Shown here one piece after another: positions 12,885 through 26,034 of a stretch of 64,000 bases of DNA (position 1 is the stretch's first letter; every line of letters starts with the position of its first letter). Origin of the DNA: Harriotta raleighana (Eukaryota); contig JBNZDD010013652.1 in assembly GCA_050575255.1 (NCBI GenBank), forward strand, positions 2,389,080 to 2,453,079, written 5' to 3'. The notes under the pieces are model-generated. The model saw nothing but the letters and a program-made list of their open reading frames with translations, had not been told where the DNA came from and ran no database searches. The translations under genes and the position numbers were made by a program.

Positions 12885-13537
12885 GTACTCTCCCACATTA
12901 GGCTCCGCGACCACATCACTCCCACCCTTGCCCTTGTCCTCTGGCTCCCTACCTCCCAGGGGGTTGAATTCAAGTTCCTCATCCTCACTTTCAAGGCCAT
13001 TCACGCCTTGTCCCCACTTATCTCTCCAATCTACTGTCTCCATATCAGCCTGCCCGTCCCCTCCGTTTGATGAGCTCTGGCCTGCTCCATGTCCCCTGCC
13101 TAAACCGCCCTACCATCGGTGGCCGGGCTTTCAGCCTCTCTGTCGTCACACTCTGGAACTCCATCCCACAATCCCTTCGCCTCACTTCCCCTCTCCTCCT
13201 CCTCCCAGCGCCTTGGGACGTCCTCCTGACGTGAAACGCGCTCTATAAGTGTAATTTTGTTGTTGTTGTTGTTGTTAAGGCTGGTCTCAAGACTTTCCTC
13301 TTCGACCGTGCCTTCTGCTTCCCTCCTAACTCTCCCCCCTCTCCTTCCCCCTATCCCTCTCCCCACCTCCCCCCTCCACACCCGCTCGAGTCCCAATCTA
13401 ACTGTTCAGCACCTTGGGATGTCCTCCCAACGTGAAAGGCACTCTATAAATGTCATTTTGTTGTTGTTGTTGCTTTGTTGAGCTCTCTGAGCCGTTTCCT
13501 GGCATGGAGGGTGCTGTATAAATGCAAATTGTTGTTG
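12885..13537 (+). mobile_element. Three stacked L2 3' ends, each ending in (TTG)n
   Basis: HITPTLALVLWLPTSQGVEFKFLILTFKAIH (L2 ORF2 C-terminus); tails end near 13275, 13472 and 13537. Confidence 0.85.
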
Positions 13538-13922
13538 CGTCTCTGTGAGTGTGTGTGTCTCTCTCTCTCTTTCTGTGTGCAGTTACAGTCAGTACACTGT
13601 TCTTCAAATGTAGTGTGGGGTGGAAACGGTCCCATCTGGCCTGTACTAGTATAAACCTCCTCCCCCAGATTGGGTCACACAGTTTTTGTTAAAGACAGCA
13701 AAAATGATTTATGTTGCAACAATCTTAATTTGTGTTCAGTCTTTAGGAATAAATGAAAAATGTAGATTAGCAATAAAGTATACCTCTCAATAGCATCAAT
13801 CAACTGCCAAATATTTCCACAATTTTTTATGCATGCTGTTTAAAAGTGAACTTGTCCTATAAGGGACAAAAACAGAAGTTGCTGGGAAAACTCAGCAGGT
13901 CTGGACTTGGGTGTAAAGAGTN

Positions 13923-16900
13923 TCAATAAAATCCTGTGAAGTGCTTTGAAACATCTTAATAATAATCATGAATCCTTGTATTTGATATAGCATCCTATAT
14001 TATGAACATTTCTCAGTCTTTTAAAATAATTATCATCAAGATGTGTCAAAAACAAACTGCATAACACTGGAGATACTTGAAATCTGAAACAAAAACAGAG
14101 ATCTCTGGGAACACTCAGCAGGTCAGGCTGCATCTATGGAGAAAGGAAAGTGAGTCAATGTTTCGGGTCTACGACCTTTTGTCTGAACTGGGGCATGTTG
14201 GGAGGGAGAGGCTTTTAAGGACTATCAGAGGGGTGTTGTTGGGCAAGGAGGACAAAGGAGAGGAAAGAAGATAATGGGTTAAGAAAGTACTAATGATGCA
14301 AAACAAAAGGTGGTACTGCAACAAAACAGGAGAGATGTGATAATAATGTTTTATTATTATTCCTATTATCAAAGGACCTGTGAGAAACTGGCTTTTAAAT
14401 TAAGCCTGAATTTAAGAATTTTCCTAAATTAGTCTTGCATTTTAAGAGCGTGATCTTCAGGCTAACATCATGAAAACGTTCAGAGTATTGGATTCTCTCC
14501 ATCTGGACAATGCAATCATGGTGACAGTGTGTTGCCGAGAGAGGACTAGATTGATTCTGTGTGAAGCACTGTATAAATCTTTGAAAATGTGTGATGATAT
14601 CAAGCATTGCTCACTGCCACAAGGTTTGCTTTATTTTACCAGCCATTGCACATTTTGCAAATGTTTCTTGGCAAATTACTCGATTGAATGCTTTAAACCC
14701 TTTCGATAACTTTCATTATCAATCTGTCGATGGATTTTCAGGTTTGATAACCTTTTCAGTCCTGCACTGATAACCCAGCTACTAAATTCCACATCCGTCG
14801 ATATCTGTACCGTCGATATTCTTGACAGTGGTATAATCATAAAGTCATAGCTGGCTGGTGAATACTAATCACCATGGCATGATGTGAAAAGCCTTTTTAT
14901 ATAAAAAAAACAAATGGCCTGGCTCAGTTAATAGCGAGTTTGTCTCTGAAATAAAGGCCCCAACATCAGGACTTTGAACTCGCATACTCTAGTCTAGACT
15001 GACATAGCAATGCAATGCTGGGGGTTTGCAGCAGGGTTGGAGCTGTTGTCCTTCGGAAGAGATATTAATCCAAGTGTGTCTGTTCAGGTGGATGTTAAAG
15101 TACACAACCTCAAGTATGAAACAAATGTATTCATGCCTATAAAACTAACATCAAATGTCACGTAAGAAGTCTTTTACCTAAGATAATGTGTCGGAACACT
15201 TTGCAAGGGTGGAGATCAATTACCGAACAAGTGAAAAGGTTGAGAGGTCACCAAAGGTGCAGAGGGAGAGATAGTTTTTTGCAGCAACATTTAAAGACAG
15301 ATAGAGAGGTAGTGAGATGGAGGGGTAGACGGAGAGCGATCCAGAGGGAGATTGAAGATGGCTACCAATGGTGTCAGGGAAAGATAGCAGATCTGTGTTA
15401 GACAGCTTAGTAAGACAACACTCTGGGATGCTACCCTGCATGAGAGGCACTATATAAATGCAAGTTGTTGTTATATAAATGGAAACTGTATTGCAATAAG
15501 AAGTGTATTTATAAAGTTAGATAGGAGTTAGGAAACAGAGGGGTAAATTCAGTTTTTGATGGTATTTAGTATGAAGAATAAAAGAGAACTGAGGAGCGAT
15601 GCGAAGGCCAAGTTTGCACATTGGTGGATTATTTGAAAATAATTCAATAACATAATAAACTCGCTTTTAATGTGGAATAGTGTTGTGGAGGTAAACAACT
15701 AATCTGTGACAACAAAATCCCACAAAGAGCAGTGAGATAAGTAGTCAAATTAATTTCAGTGTTTTGGAGAATTATTCGCCAAGACACATTGCTCATTTCA
15801 GATTTCAAGGGAAATAAACTATTCCCTTACAACATTTCTTTACATCCTTCCCTATGAATCCAGTCTAAACTGAGAAGTTTGGCTGTGTTCATAACAGCAC
15901 AAGAGTCATGCAAGTTTCTCTGCAAAAGACATTGTACGTATCTTAACTTGTAAAGCCATGAGCAAAATCTCAATAGAGCTTTTCTGTGTAATCAGCCCTG
16001 TTTCCTAAAGTACATGTTTGTAAACATCTCTGTAACCTTCTTCACTCAAGCCAACTTGGTTGTTCCTTTCACTAGCTAGCACTGGCCTATTCCACAACCA
16101 CTGCTCTATCTGGCCCATCATCAGTAGGGAAGCTATCAGCCACTTGGCACCCACTGTCTGGAACTCGATTCGTAGAATTCTCCGGCTGGCTCCCTCCCTC
16201 CTTTGCAATGTGCATCTCAAAATATACTTCTTTGATCCTAATTCTTTGGTTGTTTTTCCCCTCCTCACCCACCCCTCCCTCAGCTCTCGCCCTCAATCAT
16301 TTGGGGAACTTGTCTTCCGGACATATTAGGCACTATTATGTGTAAATTATATTGTATAAACAGCCTCACCGATCTGCCTTGTGTTATCCTGAGGAATTTG
16401 TACCTATGCTCAGGTTGTTTTAATGCAGTTTAATAGTCAATTGCCTTTGTCCCACCTTAAAACCTACCTCTTTGACCATATCTATTAAAACCTTTCTCCT
16501 CTGCTCTGCTCAGTGTAAAGTTTTCCAGGACATTACCACAAATGAAGGGCTGCATTAATCAAGTTGTTGCTATAAGATCCATGAAAAACAAGTGTACTCG
16601 CACTGATCGCATTTCAGGCTCCAGGATTCTGCAGAATTGTCAATAGGGAACATCTGTAATGTTCCCTTAAGACCAAATAGAAATTCCGGTTAAATTAACT
16701 CAAATCAGTTTTATCTTGCACTCGACTATTTATGTTCCATTGTAGGTTACCCCGTAATGCACATGCCAACTGGAGTCTCTGGACTCAATCTTTAAGCTGA
16801 AATCATGGAGGAGTAATATTTATTTTGCATTAATTCTCATGTGTGAGTGTTTTGAATGCGAACCAAAAAAAACACATTTCAACAGGGTTTGCATCCCAAA

Positions 16901-19900
16901 CAGCTGCTATATTGGGATAACGGGATAATAATTGGGATAATTGCTCTTCATTGGGATAATGAAATGGAGGCATTCAAGAGGAAGCTAGACATTTGTTTGA
17001 GGGAAAGGGGAATAGAAGAGTTTGGGAGGGCGTCAGGAATGGGTGGAGATTCATGAGAAATATAAAGACTAGCACATATTAATTGGGCCAAGTTGCTTGT
17101 TGCTAGGCTTTTTTGTAAACATTTTTTGTAAACTTTGAGGCTTGGCTCCTGGCACTGCAGATTGATCTTTTAGCTGCCTCAGGGATGTGTAGATGTTCCA
17201 AGAGTGCGGGAGGGGGAAAACAATCTTTTTTTTAAAAAAAGGGATGAAGGCAGGATCCAAAGTTTCTCAAAGTCCCTTTTGAATCAGTCATTTTGAGTAG
17301 TAATTACCAGCTTCAAGTGTTGGGCATCTAAGACACATGTTCTATGTGAAATGCAAAGCGAATGACTAGACAGTGAGTGTCTGGCCATGGCCACACTGTG
17401 ATGTTATTGAGTCTGAGCTCCCTGTGACCAACCTGTGTTTGTTTTGTCTTGTCCAGGTTTTGCTGAGTTTGAGTGTCAGAACAGACATAAGAACTCGTCA
17501 CATTGAATGCAAACACTACATAATGCCTGAAGTATGGATGTGAAAGAACGAAGGCCGTACTGCTCCCTCACCAAAACCAGACGAGACAAAGAACGACGCT
17601 ACACAAATTCCTCAGGGGACAACGACGAGTGTCGAGTGCCCACTCAGAAATCCTACAGCTCCAGTGAAACCCTGAAGGCTTATGATCATGACACAAGACT
17701 GATGTATGGAAATAGAGTTACAGATCTTGTTCACAGGGAAGCTGATGAATACCCTAGACCAGGTAAAGAAAAAGGACTTCTTTCACTTTAACATACCATT
17801 TAAGTGAATGCTGTGGTCATATATTCCCTCACTTTCCCTTCACTTCCGTTTTCTTTTCATGGTGCTGTGGGTTACTTAGATTTGCTTATGCTAAATAATT
17901 CCATTCAGTAAATCCTTTACAAAGCAGAAGGCAGTAGAATTGAATTATTCACGTTTTTGTCCCACAGCATTTGGGACATGTAGTGAGACACTGGGTTTTA
18001 TCTGTGTGGTATTCAGACGATCTGTACCATGGGTTGGGCAAAAACAAACCAAGACCCAAAATAAATAAGTAAATGTTGAAGTTTGACCTGGTTGCAGCAA
18101 CAAACAAAACACATTTCATCCATAGCTTAGCTTTTTGTGATAAATGGACTACATTTCATATTACATTTTCTAAATTGGAAATTTAATTGAATTCCATAAA
18201 TTTCTGCACTCCTGCTTTTCTCGCTCTTCAATATTAAAATTCTAGGGAGAAAACAGTTCAGGATTTCACCTTATCTAAACCTTTAAGACTGTTTTGTCTT
18301 AAAAATAAAGATTGGTAGGACATTTGTGACATTTTATAGATCAATCTTTATTTAATTCAACTTTAATGCAAATCTACGCCAGTTCTTTTTTTTTAAAAAC
18401 TGCAGAAAAATTGCTTTCAAATTAAGACCGAATTGAACGGTTTTCCAGAATTCTACTTCTGCTTGAAGTCAAAATGTTATTTTGAAAAATGCTTGACCAG
18501 GCAAGGTGATGGTCCTTTAACACTTTCAAAAAATGTGTGGGAAGTTCTTTTATACTACAGTACGACTAATAATAACAACAATGTGAACATCTTGAGCTCA
18601 GAAGAGGGAAGATAAAAATTGTTTCCATTCACATGGAATTCCACTCTCTATACCTAAAAGTATCCAAATTAAACTACTGAGAGAAGAAGTAGCTCCAGAG
18701 TGGAAACCTGATCTGCTCAGTAATGTCCAGTTCAGGTTAAAAAGGTAAAGGGAATATCTAAGAATGAGCTTGTGCTGATAATGGATCGGTGCTTCTCCTG
18801 GAGCTCGGAGAATCTTCCTCAGACCTTCCTCAAAATAATATGGAGAAATCCTTTGTTCCCAAAATTGGTGGGGGGTGGGTTTTCTCTCTGATTTCCCTCC
18901 CAGCACTGGGAGAGATGTGTAGGTGTATACTGTTAGGCAGGTGCAGTGAGGTTGGCTCCTTCTCAAGAGTTTACCCATTGGTCTTCTAGGCCTTTTGTTT
19001 TCATTCATTTATGTCTGTATCCATGTATCTAAGTGTATGCTACATAGAATTGCATTTATGACATGAGACGAAAGCAAGCCATTTAGCACAATTGGCCCAT
19101 GCCAGTGCTCATACTCCTCCTCCTTATGTTCCCCTTTCCTATACCTCTGAACTCCCTTCTCCTACATTATGTGTTTTTAAAATATATTGAAGCAGTTTGA
19201 TCGTCCCCAGCTTCTGGCAACAAGTTCCACATATGTACGGACACTTGGTGAAATGACATTTCAGATTAAATTACTTTACACAGAGTGGTGAATAGACAAC
19301 CAGGGAGGTAGATTGTGGCATCTAATTTAATAATAATCTTTACATTTGATATTGCACTTTCACATAAGGAGGACATCTCAAACCATTTCACAGGATGGAT
19401 GTAAAGCCAATTCACGCATCAAAACATCCATAAGTCCACAGGACACCTGCCTTGATAAGATAGGCCAATAGAAAAGTGCAGCTGCAATTTTTTTTCACGG
19501 AATTCTTAAAACATCTTCCTCCGCTACAAATGGTCTCCGCTGCTACAAACATGTAGAATTGCAGTGTGCGTGGGGCACTGGGCCTCTGCTCATTGCTACC
19601 GGCTGTTTACTTGAGGCCTCTGCTCTGGGCGGAATGGCTCTGAATGTGCATGCATGACGCGACGTGTGTGTGAAATGGGATTTGCTTCACTCTGCGGCCC
19701 CACTGTTTAGATTGTCTTCGTGTCTCTGTACGTTTGTAAGTGTCTCTGTGTTTGTCTCACGGTCTGTATGTGTCTGAGAGTATCTTTCTGTATCTGTAGG
19801 TGTGCATGTCTCTCTCATTGTCTGTCGCTCTCTCTCTGTCTGTGAGTGTACTCTCCCACATTAGGCTCCGCGACCACATCACTCCCACCCTTGCCCTTGT

Positions 19901-20573
19901 CCTCTGGCTCCCTACCTCCCAGGGGGTTGAATTCAAGTTCCTCATCCTCACTTTCAAGGCCATTCACGCCTTGTCCCCACTTATCTCTCCAATCTACTGT
20001 CTCCATATCAGCCTGCCCGTCCCCTCCGTTTGATGAGCTCTGGCCTGCTCCATGTCNATGGGCCGAATGGCCTCCTTTTGTGCCGTAAACTTCTATGAAT
20101 CTATGAAAAAAAAAGGTCAGGCAGCATCCATGGAGAAATGAAAGTGAGTCAATGTTTCGGGTCCACAATCCTTCGTCAGAAACTGAAACGTTGACNCCCC
20201 TGCCTAAACCGCCCTACCATCGGTGGCCGGGCTTTCAGCCTCTCTGTCGTCACACTCTGGAACTCCATCCCACAATCCCTTCGCCTCACTTCCCCTCTCC
20301 TCCTCCTCCCAGCGCCTTGGGACGTCCTCCTGACGTGAAACGCGCTCTATAAGTGTAATTTTGTTGTTGTTGTTGTTGTTAAGGCTGGTCTCAAGACTTT
20401 CCTCTTCGACCGTGCCTTCTGCTTCCCTCCTAACTCTCCCCCCTCTCCTTCCCCCTATCCCTCTCCCCACCTCCCCCCTCCACACCCGCTCGGGTCCCAA
20501 TCTAACTGTTCAGCACCTTGGGATGTCCTCCCAACGTGAAAGGCACTCTATAAATGTCATTTTGTTGTTGTTG
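13923..20573. repeat. ~6.5 kb block, copy B (N-bounded; contains a misplaced 138 nt piece at 20058-20195)
   Basis: Starts immediately after N13922 and ends at the N gap. 20058-20195 is N-flanked and identical to 20953-21090. Confidence 0.95.
17534..17762 (+). CDS. TENM3: Teneurin-3, first coding exon, copy 2 (probable assembly/haplotype duplicate)
   Basis: Same peptide and same splice sites as 10571-10799, offset by 6963 nt, within the duplicated block. Confidence 0.6.
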
Positions 20574-20789
20574 NNNNNNNNNNNNNNNNNNNNNNNNNNN
20601 NNNNNNNNNNNNNNNNNNNNNNNNNNNNNNNNNNNNNNNNNNNNNNNNNNNNNNNNNNNNNNNNNNNNNNNNNNNNNNNNNNNNNNNNNNNNNNNNNNNN
20701 NNNNNNNNNNNNNNNNNNNNNNNNNNNNNNNNNNNNNNNNNNNNNNNNNNNNNNNNNNNNNNNNNNNNNNNNNNNNNNNNNNNNNNNNN
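20574..20789. other. Assembly gap
   Basis: Run of Ns. Confidence 1.
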
Positions 20790-21008
20790 GAATCTGGAAT
20801 GCATTGCCTGAAAAGGTGGTGGAGGCTGATTCGATAACAACTTTTAAAAGGGAATTAGATCTTTATTTAGGGAGAACAGGTCTATTAGGCTATGGGGAGC
20901 GAGCAGGGCAGTGGGATTAAATCGCTCTTTTCAAAGAGCCGGCACAGACTAGATGGGCCGAATGGCCTCCTTTTGTGCCGTAAACTTCTATGAATCTATG
21001 AAAAAAAA
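20790..21008 (+). mobile_element. CR1 LINE 3' end (5' junction probably at ~13902)
   Basis: WNALPEKVVEADSITTFKRELDLYL, then gatgggccgaatggcctcct and a ttctatgaatctatga tail. Confidence 0.88.
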
Positions 21009-21212
21009 AGGTCAGGCAGCATCCATGGAGAAATGAAAGTGAGTCAATGTTTCGGGTCCACAATCCTTCGTCAGAAACTGAAACGTTGACGAAGGGTCAT
21101 GGACCCAAAACGTTGACTCACTTTCTTTTCTCCATGGATGCTGCCTGACCTGCTGAGTTTTCCCAGCAACTTCTGTTTTAGTTTCAGATTTCCGTCATCT
21201 TCAGTATTTTGT
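21009..21212. mobile_element. Palindromic Penelope-like hairpin element (outer left arm displaced to 13868-13901)
   Basis: 21009-21073 is largely the reverse complement of 21087-21151, and 13868-13901 is the reverse complement of 21147-21179. Contains CTGANGA...GAAA cores. Confidence 0.75.
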
Positions 21213-23587
21213 GTTCTGTCTTATGAGGGGACTCTTTATAACTGGTTTACTCTGTACATATAACTTGACAATGAAGTTTTGGTTGCTAAAATATGCTGCA
21301 TACTGACAGAAGTGCTGTATTATATGGTGCCAGAAGTCTCTGTTTATGCCATGTTCTGTTCCAGTAAGGTCACTACTTACAAGTGATGGAGCTGGGAAAT
21401 GTAGCCATTAGCTGCCTGCTGAATTACTTTTGTCTGTTTCTGCCAAACTGTCCACTTGCTACTTAGAGATGCTGTCTCTATGCAATGCCCCATCAGATGT
21501 TAATGAGGCTGCAATTTTAAAGGTAAACAAAACATAGCGCAGTTCATTAAAAATTAACACTAATACTATATCTGGATAGATGCCAGTAATTACAAGGCAG
21601 CTATATTGTGGAATGCTTCAAAGATGTTATAAAGCAGAAGTATTTGAACTCTTTAATATATTTCTGTTGCTGTTTTTAATCGACTTTTACTGTGAAGTCC
21701 GGGGTGATAATTTATTCATTTTTCTAAGTCACTTGTTCCTCACACTGACCATTGTTCCAGAGACCACTTGCACAATATAGTCTTATTAATGAGAAGCTAT
21801 GTGTGAACAGTATGAGTAAAAGATTGTACAGATGTATCAAGTGATAATTGAAGGTCAAATGGTATGGGAGGTGGTATGTTTAGTGCACATTATAACTGGT
21901 ATATCTATTTATAATAGTTGTTTTTATTACTCAGTATGCATGAGCTTTTCAAGAATAGATCAATGAAAAAAAATTGTTTTAAAAAGAAAAAGTGATGAGT
22001 ATGATAAAGGTGGCATTGGATTGAAAAACAGAAGATTTGATGATATTATGATTGGCTTTAGATCACTCGATCCATTTCTAGTATTTTTATAATTTGCTAC
22101 GGAATTTTTTTTAAAAACTACCAAACATGTTTTCATGAAGACCCGAGGGCCAGTTGGCAATCTGCTATGTCATACATTAAATTAAGTTGGTTTGCGTAGG
22201 GTACATTTTCACTACCAACTAACAGGATATTAATGTTTTGTGTATATGTTTATTAGAAAAATGGGATTCCTGATCACCAGCAGTGGAACGTTGCAATCTA
22301 TGAATTGGAAGTCAAATACTGTGTCCCTGGGTCTAGATTTAATTCTATTAAACATTGTATTCAGAACAGACAGAATTGGACAAATTCTTAAATGTGGCCA
22401 CAATCTCAAGTTTCTTTTAAGAAACCACAGAAAAGCACATTCAAGGTTAAGGTTCAATTTACCAAAGTCTGGACATTCTAAAATGTTGTATAAATAGAGT
22501 AAATCTAGACCCAGTTGGAGTTCTATCTTTGCACTCAGAGACCTTAACCCCCAATTCTCATCAACAGAAGAGCAGTGATATGTCTAGTGTCAGCTTTAGG
22601 GTAAAACGTTTACAATTGTTTCGATGAGGAAGGGTTGGATTTACAATACAGTCACAAACTTAGTAGGATTTTTGGTCCTTCTCTTACTTGCTCCTTTTAT
22701 GGACCATTTATAGGTGTTTGAAATGAAGTTTAATTACCACTGTTCCTGCCTCTGCCAATCAAACATATTGCAAATTGAAATTCTAATCTACCCATCAATC
22801 ATATTCCATTAGATAAATTACAGCTATTTGGCCTAGACTTGTTGGATGATCTCTTCTGCAGTGCTGAAGTGTTCTTTTTACCCAATAAGAAGAATGATGT
22901 GGATGCCAGAGAGAGAAGTGAAGGAAATTACAGATAGCCATGTTGTTTTCTAAGATGGAGACAAACACGATATATTTTATCTTTCTTGTAAAATAAAACG
23001 TCTATCCCTTAGCTGATCACTGGATAAACCCATTGAACCATCAAAGAGAACAGAAGCAACTATTTTAATTGCAAATGGTACATTTGTTATTGCACCTGAC
23101 AACAAAATTGGGACGGTATTTAATCTACTTATCTTGCAAGATCACTCGATGAATGATTTCCCAGCACCTCACAGCTTCTCATCAGCAAATTTCTACTGTC
23201 AGCATAGAAGACCAGCTTCTTTAAAGGGTATAAAGCTGCCCATGAAATTGACAAGATGATCCTTAGAAACAGTACAGAATTAAGCCTTGGATTGACTTTT
23301 AAGTAAACTAGTTGCTCAATATTGTATTGAATTGCATTTCATTTATCTGCAGGGTGCCACACTTGCCAGCTTTACAAAACTGGGGATGGGAGGTTTCTTG
23401 AAACCTGTAAGTTTGCATTATACAAGTGAAAAGGGGAAGATAGTTTTGTTTTAAATGGTTACATTCCTTAATTGTCTTTCCAAAGGATGGCACATTGGTA
23501 TTCCAATTTAGCAAGCAGTTGGCTGCTTTACAATGGTATATATGCATGTGACTTCTGACTCATATGGATTAGGGAATGGGAATTCAT

Positions 23588-24040
23588 ACAACAACAACAA
23601 CAAAATTACACTTGTATAGTGCCTTTCACGTCAAGAGGACACTGGACCCGAACTGAGGACAAAGATGGCGGGGGGAGGGGTTTGGGGAAGGTGGGGATTA
23701 GGAGTTGCCGATGGGTCCATCAAAGAGGAGAGCCTTGAGGTGAGACTTGAAGAAGGCCAGGGAGGGGGCAAAACGGAGGGACTGTGGGATGGAGTTCCAG
23801 AAGTTGGGAGCCGAGGCTCGCCCGCCAATGGTGGGGTAGATGGATTGGGGAATGTGATGCAGGCCAGAGCCTGCTGAGTGGAGGGGCGGGCAGGTTGGTA
23901 CGGGGTTAGGAGGTCGTGGATGTAGGGTGGGGTGTGGTTGTGGAGGGCTTTAAATGTGAGGACCAGGATCTTGAATTGGATCCTCTGGATGATGGGGAGC
24001 CAATGGAGTGGGCAAGGATGGGGGAGATGGGGTCACGGAG
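23588..24040 (-). mobile_element. L2 3' fragment
   Basis: (CAA)n tail; the reverse complement of gggctttaaatgtgaggaccaggatcttgaattgg encodes QFKILVLTFKA. Confidence 0.85.
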
Positions 24041-26034
24041 AGGACACCTCTATCTCCTACACAAAACTTGTCATTTGCGGAACAGCATTGGCGGTTACTC
24101 AGAGTGTTGAGCCTTTCAGACAAAGCATAATAATAATCATTTCATTTGATATAGAGTCTGCAATCTCAGATTCAATACAATCTCATTACAATTTACCATC
24201 GTGTCAGGCAAATATGTCAAAGCACTTGCAGATGAAAGATGCTGGTGGGTTTAATGGCAGAGAGGGAAATGAAGAACTTTAGATGTTTCATCCTTCAAAT
24301 GAGTTGTTAAACTGAGGCCAGCTCTGCCGGTTCAGAAGGACATTAAAGATTCAACAGCACTATTCGGAAAGAAAAGACAGTTTCTCCCAGTGTTCTAGAC
24401 AACAGTCCTCCAGTTAAAATTGGTCATTGATTTTCATAGCTGTTTGTGGGATGTCGCTGTATACACACTTGGCAGGGTTCACCCGCAAATTACATGAACA
24501 CCACACTTTGCAGAAATTTTGGTCAAGTGCTTTGAGATGTTCTTGATGCTAGAGGTACTATATCAAATGCACAAATGATTTCTGCTATTATTATGGACTT
24601 ACTCAGCATGCTATATTTGATGTCCTACAACTGGGGAAGGGAACAAAATGGTAGGATTTCTCTGCTCTATTGCTATGCAGTTACATTGATGGAAAGTATA
24701 CACATTTAGTTGTCTGATGAGAACAAGCCTGGATAAGCTGATGTCCATTGGGACAGCAATTGCAGTAATGCAATTCAGCTCTATAGTTGGCCTCTGAGAT
24801 TGGGAGGGGAATAATATCAGGCAAGTTTACTGTTCCTAATTGCTAGACAGTCAGTCCTGCTGGAAGATGCATGCATCTGGTTATTTGGTTCAGGACAGGA
24901 AAAAAGCGCAGCTATGATACCTGCTGATGTTCGCTCTCGAGGCTCCTTAATGATTCACAACAACAACAACAAAATTATTTGTATAGAACGAATGCCTTTC
25001 ATGTCGGGAGTCCCAAGGAGCTGAACAATTAGGTCGGGACCCGAGCAGGTGGGTGGTCGGAGTAGGGGGAAGGGGAAGGAAAGTAGGAGAGGGGGAAGAG
25101 TTAGGAGGAAGATTAATAGCTACCGGAGTGAGGTGATTGTGGACAATTGACGCTTGCATCACAATACTTTGGCAGAAGGCAAGAAGGAGTGAAATGCCTT
25201 TGGGAGAGCAAAGGAGTGGAGATATTGGTGAAAGAAATTGGAAAAATATAATGAATATTGGTCATTAGTAATGCACCTTGGAGCTTTTAGACAAGGGAAT
25301 TAAAATGCAATTAACGTGTCAGTGTTTCTAAAACCATGAAATTTAAATCCCTTGAAACTAAAGGGTTTCACACTGACAATAGCTGACATTCTAGCTGATT
25401 CTAGTCTCTAAAGTCTTCAAACATTTAAGCAGCAAAACATAAAAGCACACAGCGGAATCAGTCAATTTATAAAATTAAATAAACAAATCAAGAACAGTGA
25501 GATGGATGAATTGCTGCCCCCAAGCTCACTGCTAAGAACTCCCAGAGGAAACTGTTTGCTTTCGATGCACCAGTGAGCATCACAAACAGTGGCGAAATCC
25601 TCGCCATGCTCCTCATTCAAACCAATGTTGATTGCATGGATTGTAAACAAAACAAATGTGGGGGTAGGAGTGGTGAGTTCTCCCAGCTGACATCTAGCTC
25701 CCATGTGGTTGTGTCCTTTGACTTCCTGCAAGAAAATAAACATCCACAGTCACTGAGGATGAATGAGGTCTCAAATATCTCACAGCTTTATCCTTGAGAT
25801 TTTTAACTTAAAGTTGTAGATGGTGCAGAATTTTGCAAACTTCATAAATTCAGTCTTAAAATGGAAGCCAGGTTATTCTAGTTTTTCAGAAAAACATCTT
25901 AAAAGAATTATCATCAAATCTAAGATTTGTTTTCTCTCCCCAAGCATCTGCATTATCTTCAATCTTAAAAGCATTTACCAAAGACTGAATACCATGGAAG
26001 ATTGCATACATCAATTGGTGCCTTTTTGAACAAG

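Larger units (their letters stand above)
6959..13470. repeat. ~6.5 kb block, copy A of a near-identical direct duplication
   Basis: Reappears at 13923-20573 with about 20 scattered differences read by eye; the ORF track is duplicated at offsets 6964/6963. Confidence 0.95.

Noticed and set aside
17534-17762. A TENM3 paralogue or a cassette of alternative first exons
   Set aside because: The exon is identical and the flanking introns are near-identical, N-bounded and located inside a split repeat; an assembly artefact is far more likely.
20058-20195. Insertion distinguishing copy B from copy A
   Set aside because: N-flanked on both sides and identical to 20953-21090; misplaced gap-fill sequence.
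20361-20840. Long ORFs across 20361-20840
   Set aside because: Open only because they run through the N gap.
23667-23700. G-quadruplex-like G runs (also ~53736-53770)
   Set aside because: These are the antisense C-rich 3' UTRs of L2 copies; nothing suggests a locus-specific function.
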